Below are positions 30,412 to 41,400 of a DNA stretch of 64,000 nucleotides, one piece after another. Each line of letters starts with the position of its first letter. The first letter of the stretch is position 1. Source of the DNA: Candidatus Poseidoniaceae archaeon (GTDB taxonomy: Archaea; Thermoplasmatota; Poseidoniia; Poseidoniales; Poseidoniaceae). Made by a program: the position numbers and the translations under genes. Under the pieces are notes generated by a model. It was not told the origin of the DNA. It saw only the letters and a program-made list of their open reading frames with translations, and ran no database searches. The stretch is from the NCBI GenBank assembly GCA_024958795.1, contig JANXHP010000009.1, positions 34,776 through 98,775 on the forward strand, given 5' to 3'.

Positions 30412-31374
30412 ATGTTCGAAATCAAAGCATTCGCCGAATGCGATAAAGACCCAAACCCTTTGCGTCATGATATGGCGAAGGGGAGAATTGTCGCAGGATG
30501 CATTGCACCTCATCCACCTCACCTTGTTTACGCAGAAAATCCAGACCAAAATGAACCAACTTCAGAAGGTGGCTGGGAACAATTGCGTTGGGGTTATGAA
30601 CGACTTCGTGAGTCACTATCAGAGATTGAGCATGATGTCATAGTAGTCCTTTCACCTCATTGGCAGACATATGTTGGAACTCATTTTTTGGGATTAGAAA
30701 ATTTCCAAAGTTTGAGTGTTGACCCTGTTTTTCCTAATCTGTTCAGATATCATTACGACTTGAATATTGATGTTGAATTAGCAAGGCAAATTCATGACAA
30801 TGCTGAAAAATCTGGATTGGCAGTAAAGATGATGGAAAACCCTGATTTTAGAGTTGATTATGGAACCATTACAACTGGTCATTTATTTAATCCAAAATGG
30901 GATAAACCCATGGTTGTTATTTCCTCGAACCGTTCTACCGATTATTATTCTCCTGAAGTAATGCAAGAGATGATGATTGAATTGGGTAGAGTTACTAGAG
31001 AAACGATTGAAGAAAGTGGCAAGAAGGCTATCATTTTGGCGAGTAATTCTCTTTCACATCGCCATTTTACTACCGAATCAGAAATTCCAGAAGACATGAG
31101 TAAAGAGCACATCTCTAGTCATGCAATGCATCTTTGGGATATGAGAATTATTGATTATATTCGCACTGGACAAACTCAGAGAATATTAAATGAAATGCCT
31201 GAATTTATTGAGCAAGCAATTGCTGAGAGTGATGGTGGCGGATTATCTTGGTTGATCTCTGCATTGGACACACCAGAATACCCTGCAATATTGCATGGCT
31301 ATGGAACGATTATTGGAACGGGAAATGCTGTGGTTGAATGGCCTTGCTACAAACATGAGGAGGAATCAGAATGA
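30412..31374 (+). CDS. class III (LigB-type) extradiol ring-cleavage dioxygenase, catalytic-type subunit
   Basis: His-containing blocks IAPHPPHL, VVLSPHW and ASNSLSHRHF sit at the positions of the LigB metal ligands and catalytic His. Confidence 0.5.
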   Translation: MFEIKAFAECDKDPNPLRHDMAKGRIVAGCIAPHPPHLVYAENPDQNEPTSEGGWEQLRWGYERLRESLSEIEHDVIVVLSPHWQTYVGTHFLGLENFQSLSVDPVFPNLFRYHYDLNIDVELARQIHDNAEKSGLAVKMMENPDFRVDYGTITTGHLFNPKWDKPMVVISSNRSTDYYSPEVMQEMMIELGRVTRETIEESGKKAIILASNSLSHRHFTTESEIPEDMSKEHISSHAMHLWDMRIIDYIRTGQTQRILNEMPEFIEQAIAESDGGGLSWLISALDTPEYPAILHGYGTIIGTGNAVVEWPCYKHEEESE

Positions 31375-32801
31375 GTGAAGGAGAAATCATAGGCTCATAT
31401 ATTGTTCCTGTTCATCCTCATACCTACTTGGTTCCGGAACAAAATCCAGGATGGACTAATCTAAGAAATGCATTCGATGAAGCTGCCCTTCGTATAAAAA
31501 ATAGCGAAGCCGACTTGCTAATCATTTACTCAACTACTTGGCCGAGTATCATTGGTCATCAAATACAAGCTGACCCAAAACCTGAATGGGTAATGGTGGA
31601 CCATGATTTCCATGACCTCGGTTCAATACCTTATTCTTTCAATATCGATGCCGAATTTGCACATGCTTGGAATGATGCAAATCATGAAAGAGGATTGAAA
31701 AGTCGTACAATAAACTATCATGGATTCCCAATTGATGTCGGTTCAGTTGTTGCTCTAAAACTATTAAATCCTGATAATGCTATTCCTGCTGTAATTGTTT
31801 CATCAAACGTTTATGCAAACCGTTCTGAAACATCAGTTCTGGCAAAAGCATGCCTTGATGTTGTTCAAAGCACTGGACGTAAGGCAATTGCAATTACTGC
31901 CATGTCTCTTTCAAACAGAATGTTTACTGAAAATATTGATCCTAAAGATGATAAAATTCATTCCTTGAAAGATGATGAGTGGAATTGTAAAATTCTTGAA
32001 TTAATGGAAATGGGGCGACTTGAAGATGTTGGCCAATTATCACGAACTATTCAAAAACAAATCCGAGTTCGAAAAGTTGTAGCATTCAAGCCAATGTGGT
32101 GGCTATCGGCAATGAATGATAATAGAAATGACTTGACTGGTGAGGTATTGGCCTATGAGGCAATACATGGTGCTGGTGCAGCAGTAATACACTTGGACCC
32201 TGCTTCATGTGGTACTGGTGATAAGGAATATGACGAAGATGATGTTGAATATTTCCATGGAGACCGTAGTGTATTGGAATCAAACGATTCTGAAACTACA
32301 TCAATTGATGATGAAGTTGAAGCGGAAGAAGAAATTATGGTTGAGGAAAATGGTCCCGAATTGTGGGAGCCTACAACTGCAGATGGTTCAGTGAATACAG
32401 ATTCAGCACCTAAGCCGGTGGGTGCATATCCTCATGCACGACGAGTAGGAGATCTACTATATCTCTCGGGAGTTGGTCCACGGCAAGCAGGAACTAATTC
32501 AATTCCGGGTGGTCCAATACATGATGAAAATGGTGAGCCTCTTGATTATGACATCAAGGCCCAAACCCATGCTGTAATAGATAACATCTCACGTATCTTA
32601 GAAGAAGCAGGTTCATCTCTAGACCAAGTGATTGATGTTACTACTTTCTTAGTAGATATGAAACGAGATTTCAAAGGTTACAATGAAGTTTGGGCTGAGA
32701 CATTAGGAAATATTGGCCCAACTAGAACAACATTAGCCATTAGAGCACTACCAACTCCGATAGCAGTTGAGATGAAAGTAATCGCACAATTATCTGAATG
32801 A
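31371..32801 (+). CDS. LigB-type dioxygenase paralog with degenerate metal ligands (alpha-like subunit), fused via an acidic linker to a C-terminal RidA/YjgF/TdcF-family domain
   Basis: The N-terminal 300 aa are collinear with the upstream gene but carry VHPHTYL, IIYSTTWP and AMSLSNRMF, so the His residues are lost. The C-terminal 130 aa (KPVGAYPHARRVGDLLYLSGVGP...TTFLVDM...PTRTTLAIRALPTPIAVEMKVIA) are RidA-like. A 4-nt ATGA overlap joins it to the upstream gene. Confidence 0.5.
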   Translation: MSEGEIIGSYIVPVHPHTYLVPEQNPGWTNLRNAFDEAALRIKNSEADLLIIYSTTWPSIIGHQIQADPKPEWVMVDHDFHDLGSIPYSFNIDAEFAHAWNDANHERGLKSRTINYHGFPIDVGSVVALKLLNPDNAIPAVIVSSNVYANRSETSVLAKACLDVVQSTGRKAIAITAMSLSNRMFTENIDPKDDKIHSLKDDEWNCKILELMEMGRLEDVGQLSRTIQKQIRVRKVVAFKPMWWLSAMNDNRNDLTGEVLAYEAIHGAGAAVIHLDPASCGTGDKEYDEDDVEYFHGDRSVLESNDSETTSIDDEVEAEEEIMVEENGPELWEPTTADGSVNTDSAPKPVGAYPHARRVGDLLYLSGVGPRQAGTNSIPGGPIHDENGEPLDYDIKAQTHAVIDNISRILEEAGSSLDQVIDVTTFLVDMKRDFKGYNEVWAETLGNIGPTRTTLAIRALPTPIAVEMKVIAQLSE

Positions 32802-32812
32802 TAATCATCCAT

Positions 32813-35431
32813 TCAGGACACTCTAGTCCAAGACCCATCGTCAGCAACATTCCAATATTGCACTTCTTCACTGACATCAACATACCACCCAGTAGCACCT
32901 TGTTCTGTACCTGGTGCTGCTTGCATCACACCAACTTCTGCAGCTGCTGCTGCTAATTTTGTTTTCATCGCATCGTCAATCCAATCACTATTAGTTTGCT
33001 TGTCAACTTTAGATTCTAATTCCGACTCATCATCTGCATCATCCTCTGATGATGAACTTTCAGGTTGCTTTTCATCATAATCAAATGCGTCTTCAACCCA
33101 TTCTCCATCTGAAACTTGATTCGCTTTGCGTATTAGAACAATGAATGTGATCAAAATTAATGATAGAAGAAATGCACCTAATCCCATAGCAGTATTGGTA
33201 GAACCGACCGCACCACCGAGCATGACCGATTCAACATCAAAGAAATTCTGAGCGATTATTCCATCCCACATTATTGTGCAAGACCTATCATTTCCTGCAG
33301 TCGTTATCTCCACTTCCCACGTATCTGCTGTCACATGAGTCGTTGGTCCAGCATTACATGAGAGGGTGGTATTTTCGGCATCGATAGTAACTTCATTTCC
33401 ATAGGAGTCTATTCCATTTGCCCTTAACAGAAATACATCACCTTGTGATAATGAGTCTCCATCAAGTTCTGCAACAATGCGAATTGCATTACCTGGTAAA
33501 ATCGTCAACTCAATATCACGTTTTGCATCTCCTTCTTCAATGGTCAATACATATTCTCCTGCTGTTTTTCCTGTTAGAGACCAATATCCTACTCCAGCAG
33601 ATGATGCTTCAATGGTACCGACTTCTGTAAGTAAATCACTGGAGAGGCCATTACTCGGCCCTGTATTGCCGTGAACGTCAACAACTTGAACAAAAATATC
33701 AATGCTCTCTCCAGCAATTACAATAATTCCTGCATCCATGTCTGTAATCAAATGCTGTGCTGAACCAGCAACTACAGTCAACCTAACAGTTGCAAAAATA
33801 CCATCTGCATTTGCCCTAATTTCATGACCACCTACTAATGATGAAGAAAAATATCCATCTGATAGAATTAGTTCTAATGTAGAGTCTACATCATCTATTG
33901 TCCAGTTGACATCAACTCCAACAATTTCGTTTCCATAAGCATCGGTAAATTGTGGCTCCATCAATAATGGTGTGTCAGCAGGAAGTATCATTGAGTCTCC
34001 ATTTAGATAAATAAATGCAAGTTTTCCATGTTGAACTTCAATTTGATTTGCAACATTATACCTAGAATCTGTAGCATTATCAAACCAAGTACCATCGAAC
34101 CTCCAAATTCCAACTTTCTGTGGATTGAATACTATATGGTCTGATTCTATTTGCATTAATGAGGCGTTACCTGATGACAATGTGATTTCTGCATCTACTG
34201 ACCAATAATTTCCAGAACGGTCTACTGCTTCAAAGACTACAACACATTGAGTTCCTGCTGTTAAATGAGATTTGCTAAAAGATAGAATCGCATTGATTGC
34301 ATTTCCATGTACAACATTCACTTCTATACTAGAAAGCACATCTTCATCAACGACCTGAATTGTTACTAGTCCTGTTGAACTTGGCGTCCACCAAACCTTT
34401 TCGTCTTCATAATGAAGTCCTCCACTTGATATTGACCAATTTGATAATGGTGGAATGACATATCCGGAATAACCATTGTTATCCGTCCTAATCGTTGCAA
34501 CCTCATACGCAGTACCTGCAGCATATGATTCTAAATCTTCCATTATTACTAATTGGGAAATCAATGCATTTGCTGGGACAACAAATATGCTACCATTACC
34601 AAATATTCCACCAGCAATAACTGAAAGATTCCACCGACCTGGTGCTGAGGCTTGATACCAACCTTGACTATTGATTGAACCATTTTCTGCATACCATGCC
34701 TTTGAACCAGCAGCAGAACTATTCATTGTAAAACCGTTAGCATCTACTAGTTTCGGTTTGAGTAAAACCGATTGCCCAGAACGAATTTGAATACCTTCTG
34801 GGAAAATAAATTCGGATGGAGCACCCGGGATGACTTCAGCAACAACGTTTGTTTCCATTTGGTTCAAACGTGCTTTAATATTCACATTTCCAACATCATC
34901 CGCAATCCACTGTGGGCTTCCTTGACCAATATAATTTCCATCAATAGTCCAAATCACGTCACTACTGATTTTTTCATTTCCTCTTGAGTCAACTTCGTTT
35001 GCAACTAAGGTATAGGGTTGCAATACTTGAGGAGAAAGTGTCGTTATTCGTAATGTATTTGCTTGACCAGGAGTAACTGTGATGTTATATGTAGCATTCA
35101 ATGTTAGATGATCTGCTCGAATTTCAACATCTCCAGCATTCCAAGGAAAGAAGAGACCTGTGTCATCAATAGTACCATTACTACAGCTCCATGAAACCTC
35201 TCCTTCTGCAATATTATTTACAGAATCATATAATGTTGCTACAAAAGTTAGAACTTCATCAGCAGTCATAGAATATTGTGGAGATGTTACCTCCATTCTT
35301 GTTGGAGTGCCTGCTTTCATTATCACTTCATCATCTAATGACAATACAGCGATAGGCTGCAATACTTGAGTAAACAATAGTGATAGAATAAAGAAAAATA
35401 TTAATTCCCTATTTCTTGCACTATCTTGCAT
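32813..35431 (-). CDS. large type-I membrane surface protein (872 aa) with Ig-like beta domains
   Basis: Signal peptide with hydrophobic core LIFFFILSLLFTQVL. TM helix LGAFLLSLILITFIVLI sits about 105 aa from the C-terminus. The tail is acidic and ends ...GWYVDVSEEVQYWNVADDGSWTRVS. Confidence 0.7.
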   Translation of the reverse strand: MQDSARNRELIFFFILSLLFTQVLQPIAVLSLDDEVIMKAGTPTRMEVTSPQYSMTADEVLTFVATLYDSVNNIAEGEVSWSCSNGTIDDTGLFFPWNAGDVEIRADHLTLNATYNITVTPGQANTLRITTLSPQVLQPYTLVANEVDSRGNEKISSDVIWTIDGNYIGQGSPQWIADDVGNVNIKARLNQMETNVVAEVIPGAPSEFIFPEGIQIRSGQSVLLKPKLVDANGFTMNSSAAGSKAWYAENGSINSQGWYQASAPGRWNLSVIAGGIFGNGSIFVVPANALISQLVIMEDLESYAAGTAYEVATIRTDNNGYSGYVIPPLSNWSISSGGLHYEDEKVWWTPSSTGLVTIQVVDEDVLSSIEVNVVHGNAINAILSFSKSHLTAGTQCVVVFEAVDRSGNYWSVDAEITLSSGNASLMQIESDHIVFNPQKVGIWRFDGTWFDNATDSRYNVANQIEVQHGKLAFIYLNGDSMILPADTPLLMEPQFTDAYGNEIVGVDVNWTIDDVDSTLELILSDGYFSSSLVGGHEIRANADGIFATVRLTVVAGSAQHLITDMDAGIIVIAGESIDIFVQVVDVHGNTGPSNGLSSDLLTEVGTIEASSAGVGYWSLTGKTAGEYVLTIEEGDAKRDIELTILPGNAIRIVAELDGDSLSQGDVFLLRANGIDSYGNEVTIDAENTTLSCNAGPTTHVTADTWEVEITTAGNDRSCTIMWDGIIAQNFFDVESVMLGGAVGSTNTAMGLGAFLLSLILITFIVLIRKANQVSDGEWVEDAFDYDEKQPESSSSEDDADDESELESKVDKQTNSDWIDDAMKTKLAAAAAEVGVMQAAPGTEQGATGWYVDVSEEVQYWNVADDGSWTRVS

Positions 35432-35460
35432 ACTACCACCTGTAATGGAAGACTCAACAA

Positions 35461-38400
35461 TCAGTCAACCCATTGTTCCCAATCAGCGTCACCTTGTTGT
35501 CGATACCACCAAGTTCCAGCTTCATCTTCCCACCACTCGGTTCCTTCGTCATCAACACGATAACTTTCATCTTTGGTAAAATCAGTTTGCTCTGGTTCGG
35601 GCTCAGGCTCTGGAGTTGGGGCTGGACCGGCGGGACCTGCTGGACCGGTTGGACCGGCTCCACCACCGCGAGTAGGTTTCCTTCTCTCAGCGATTGGCTC
35701 ATCATCCTCATCGTCATACTCATCTTCTTCGTCCCATTCATCATCATTTCCAGTTAATACCATCTTCAAAACAATCAGTAGAACAATACCAATTGCTGCT
35801 GCCAAAAATGCTCCAACATAATACAAAATACCGCCTGCTTCAAAGAATCCTTCAAGTGTTCCAGTTACTGTGAAAGTTCGCTCTTCATTTACCTGTCCTG
35901 AATTTACTGTAATAGATTGGCTGCCTTCATCAAGAGTAATAATTCTCCAAACTCCATCGCCTTGATTGAGCACTTCTGCCCTACCCGTTGAATCAACAAG
36001 TGTGCTAGGAGGTACTGGAATCTCATTCCAATACTCATCATATGCTGTCACACTAACAGTAAACTCTCCAAGTTGCTCAATAACTTCACTTGAAAGTTCA
36101 ACCTTTAGATGTGCTACAATTCTCTTTGCACTAACTGCTAATTCTATTTCATTACTAACAGTAAGAGAACTGCTATATGTCAATATATGTGGACCTTCAA
36201 TTCTTGCTAGATAAGTATAGACTCCTTCTACAGATGTTGAATTGATATCGTGGGCTACTCCATTATTTTCTTGCCATTCAACATTTTGTGGGAATGTATT
36301 TCCGTCACTATCAGTTCCAGTAATCGCTATTGTGATTTCATATCCTGCTGTTGCAGTATTTGCATCCTCTGTTGCGTGCAGACTTACGGCTTGGCCATGA
36401 TGAATCGTAATACTCACATAATCGCTAACTTCGTATCCTGAATCGCTAAGATTGGTTGCCTTAATTGTATAGTTTCCAATACTACTAGCTTGCCAACGCA
36501 TATTATTTGCTAACAATGTATCAGTAATGTCGGTTTCTTCGCCACTTGATTCAGCGATAATCAACCATCTGAGAATATTTGTATCTATTGGATTTTGATC
36601 ATCATCATATAGTTCTACAGCGAATTCAATCCAGTCATCTGAAGTTAAATCATATGTTCCAGATGTTTCATCATCACTACTGATTGAACTCAAATCAATA
36701 TTTGTTAGAACACCATGAGATACTGTAGCATTTATTGAAATTTCATGAATCATATTTCCATCATAATAAGCCGCAGTTATTGTGTATGGAGATTCTGAAG
36801 CATGATATGGAACGAAAGTTGTTTGATCATTTACCAACTGTTCTAATACACTTTGGTCATTCCAAAATGCATGGGAAATGGACCAATTCGCAGTGATTGT
36901 CCAACGATTACCTTTTGCGTCAATTGCCTTGACCTTAACCTCTAATGTTTCATCAGCAGTTAGTGGCATCATTTGCCAACTAGCATCTTCAGAATCAACA
37001 ATCAACACTAATGTATTAATCGCTCCTTCCGAAACGGTAATTGTGATTTCTGCATATACAGATTCATACTTCGCTTGTAACAACTTGGCACCTCTTGTAA
37101 CTGGATCCCAAATCGCAGGTGCTCCAGCGCTCAATTGTCCATCTGCAATCTTTGTCCAATTTTCACTTGGAAGTACAACTGTCAATCTATTTCCTCGTAC
37201 ATCTATTCGTGTTGTGTTGATATATACGCGTTCATCAGCAGTAATTTCTGTTGAAGAAATCGCGAGTTCAAGACTCTGCATCTCTCCATGACCTACTGTA
37301 ATATTTATCTCAGCAGATGCTCCAGAAACCGATGTCAGGGACAATGTCCATGTTCCTAAGTGGTCTGGGAAATATTGGTTATTTAATTCACTGTAATTAC
37401 CATCATTAGTACTCCAAGATAGCAACCCGGCATGTGTTTCGTTCAAAACATTACCAAATTGGTCGTATAGAGTATGAGTGATATCACACCATTCTCCAGC
37501 AGGTACTACTCCTTCACAACCAGATAGTTCGAAATATGATGGAATTCCATTACCAACTGCAATTTGGACATATACTGATTGCGTTCCCCATGTTACAGTA
37601 ACAGTTTGAGCACCAGAAGCAAACGGATAGTAAATATTTCCATTTACCCCACCCATTGTTCCATTTGAAGTAGAGAAGGTGATTAATTCACCTGCAACAA
37701 CATTACCAAATTGGTCAACAACTGCTGCAGTGATTTCCAATGATTCATCCGATGTTATTTGACCAGTTAATGGTGTTACATCGAGAGTTGTTGGACTACC
37801 CGGAGTAACTGTAATTGATTCACTAGTACATATCAAACCAAAACAAGCAGTAATGGTGTGTGTACCAACGCCTCTAGGAGTAAACAGACCGAAGGAATCC
37901 ATGCTTCCATCACTAGAGCTCCAAGTTACTGGTGCGCTTATTTGTAATGCTTGATGATTATACGCTTGATGAGAGAAACTGTATGTTGTATCTGCATCGG
38001 TCGTAGGTGCTGTTGGAGAAACAGTAATACTACTGACATTTGTAGTATTCAACTGTATTATTGGTCTCATAGAAGCGGTCATATATTCACTTGAGTACAT
38101 ATCCAATGTTAGGTCACCTGCATTTGGTGTTGCAATGAGAATCCATTGGTTATCATTGTCAATTAACATTCCATTAACCCCAATATCGAACCAAATCCAC
38201 CCTGTTGCAGTGGATGGAAGTGTCATTGTAGTAATTGCAGTAACATCATAATCAACACCTGCTTGAAGACCTGGACTACTCCAATTTGTACCTGGAGTTG
38301 ATTGATTCCATGAAGAAGCAGATTGGCTCCAGCCGGATGATATCATTCTGTGCACTGAAATATCCAATGTTGATGCTCCACCAGATGCAGAGATTGATGC

Positions 38401-41400
38401 AATGTATAATCCAAGGCTTGCAGAGTGAATATTTTGGAATGGAGCAAATGGAATCTGGGAGTTATCTAGTCCGATTATCGCTCTACATTTTGCATTTGCA
38501 ACCGAATCACATCCAGTTCCAATACTGAGGAAATCAACATCTCCTTGATTGATACTAGGATTCGCTTCACTAAGTGTTCCATCTCTAATATTGGTGTGTC
38601 CAAATTGTAATACTTCGTTTCCAGTTTGGAAATCATAAGTGAAGGTTAAGTCTTGATTGTCGGTATGCGATGGATCTCCAATTGCGAAAGACCAACGAGG
38701 TGAAGAAGGCCCAGGAATTGTTTGGTTAACACCTTGAACCCACCATGAAAACACATCACCAGCATCTAGAACATTGTTGAAACGGAATGTTGTTCCATTT
38801 ATGTATGAACTTTCCCAAGACTTGTATTTGTAAACACCAGTTGAATTGGCAATGGTAACAATATATCCGCTTGCCCCAGTTACTGTGTTCCAAGATAATA
38901 CTGGATTAGATTGACTTTGAAGAATTATTTCACTGCTATCGTATAATACGCTACCATCGAGTGGGAATTGAAGTGATGGTTGGCCTGGAGGAATTATTCC
39001 GGCTGTGTTGTCAACATAATCTAGTACCAACTGTGGACGACGTGATTCATTAGTGCTATAATCACTTGAGAAGAAACGATGAGTTGTTCCCGGAGTACCT
39101 ACTACCTTCAACATGACTGACATCGTCATATTACCATTGGCAATATTTGATTGAGCTAAACTTGTCAAGTCAAATTCATACCAGCCATTTGGCGGCATTA
39201 GTGTAAGAGTAGTGCGTGTTAATTCAGAGGTAGAACAGGATGGGGCATTATTCCAAGTAGCACTAGATTCACTAAAAGAGGAACAGGCATGTGCAGAAAT
39301 TGTCGATGATGTAGTTCCAATTACTTGCTCTCTCCAAAGTTTGAGTACCATTGATGTAGGGGTCATAGCCGCAGGCCATGGAATATCTCCCAACTCAAAT
39401 TCAAGAAGAATTCGGCTTTCACCAGTTCCAGATGATGTTGTGCCTAAATCAAGAGTAGTGCTCGACCCTTGGTTGCTAGTAACTGTTGATTCCAGTTCAA
39501 CATCAGGTACATCTGGCAATAGTCCACTATCGGTGAAAATAGAGCCTCGTGACAATATGACTGTGTGATTACCACTGCCGTCATCGTATCCAATAGAATC
39601 TGGAGTCCTATAACTGTGGACATCAGACCATTCACCAATGCGATTATTTTGGTCTGCTCTAACGCGCCAGTAAGTCCATGCATCATCAAAAGTGTTATTG
39701 AAAATTGTCAATGTATTGCTAGTGGAATTGAAAGCTGAATCAGTTCCGTTCAAGTCGTTCATACCGTTACAGGTAGCAAAAAGCATACGTGGATCATCAG
39801 AACCACAACTAAACCAACGAGTTTCATTATTTTGTAGCCCAGTCCAATTAAGAACAACTTCACTCAAACCAGAAGGTCTAGGAGTGCTAGTATTCCATAA
39901 TGTGGCTCCAAATGCAGGCGATAAGCCGGTTGATGCAGAAGGTATCCATGGTGCTTGTTCTGAGTAAGTGAAATTAATTCTTGGCCTGCTATCAACATCA
40001 GTTGATTCACTACTATGTAATGCATATGAACCCATCGCGGTAGTACCATCATCCTCACCTTGGAGAATTAGAGAGATTGTACTTTGACCATTATGAATTG
40101 CTGCTTGAATCGCAGCAGTCAGGTTCCAACTGACTGTGTCAGTAGAAGAACTAATCCATTCACCTTCTGAAAATGGGATGTCGCTATCACCACTCTGATG
40201 TGCACCTGGTGCTATCCAGTTTACTGTAGCTGAAGAAGCGGCCCATTGAGAATATTCATTCCAATTAGTATTCATTACTGATACTGAAGTATATACTGAA
40301 CCGGAACCTGAAGCAACTGTCATTTCTAGTGTAGCATTTTGAATTTCATAAATACTTGGCATAGGAAGAACGCCGATATCAAATGAAATTAATGAGTTAG
40401 CATAATGGTTATTTGACAAAGGACTTCTTCCAACATACATTGTTGCAGTATTACCAAAACTATTGAATCGATTACCGCTATCAAGGTAGGTGTCTTCCGA
40501 TAGCGCAGGATATCCCAATGGCTCCACATATGCGCCTTCTTGAAGTGAGATCCATGCTGTGGTTGAATCAACTTCTCCACTCTTTTCCTCTGGTATATGG
40601 AATGCTGTAGAAGTACTACGTGGGCCTAACATTCCATCCACAACAGGCTGTACCATCCAACGCACTTCACGGGTATGAGTAATATCAATTCCAGGCGTAA
40701 ATGTTAGATTTGTCAAATCAAATAATTGAGGTTGAGTTCTGGAATCATATGTAGTTAATCCTTCCATATCATCATTTGCATCAGCCATAATGTGTATTCT
40801 CCAATTATCAATATTTGCTGAATTTGTATGAGTCCAAGACATGGTTGGTTTGTATTCTGGTATTGCTGCATGAGAAGATGTATTCCAAGAAATCATATTA
40901 TTGTAAGGGCCAGTATTACTTCCTGCCACTGTTGGAATTGAAGCAGTACCATTGGTCCAAGTTAGATTGAGCCAAGGTTTGTCAGATGAGGTACTATCTG
41001 TTGAAATAAATTGAACATAATCTTGAGTCACTGTTGAAGATGCATAAATCATCAATGAAAGTTCACTAGAACCAGCTGCTTGAGCCGCTTGTACTGCCTC
41101 AGTAACATCCCAAGTCATCCAATCCGCGGAAACACTATCCTGAATATCTACATAATTTCCAATATCTGTGCTGATATTTCTTCCACCTGGTAAAGACCAA
41201 TTATTAATTCCATCATATGTTGTATCGTTTGCATCAGCATTCCAATTCTGTAGAACTGGTCTAATTGCTAATGGCTCGTCTATCGCTGAACCAAATATTG
41301 AGTATAGGTTCAATTCTGCACCTGTAATTCTTGCATTACTCGGAGTAGGCAATTCATTGAGTGGAATTTTTATCAATCCAGCAGACTGGTATCCTGTTGA

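Noticed and set aside
35573-35650. Collagen-like GPTGPAGPAGPA triplets in the giant protein tail, taken as a collagen domain
   Set aside because: Only four G-x-y triplets are present, too short for a collagen helix. They are better seen as part of the Pro-rich PPII linker described in the WW-like-tail finding.
35473-35821. Plus-strand ORFs (94 aa and 82 aa) rich in Gly/Pro/Ser
   Set aside because: They are antisense to the Pro/Gly/acidic tail codons of the 3040-aa gene, and their low-complexity composition mirrors that gene. Many other short ORFs nested antisense in the giant genes are dismissed the same way.
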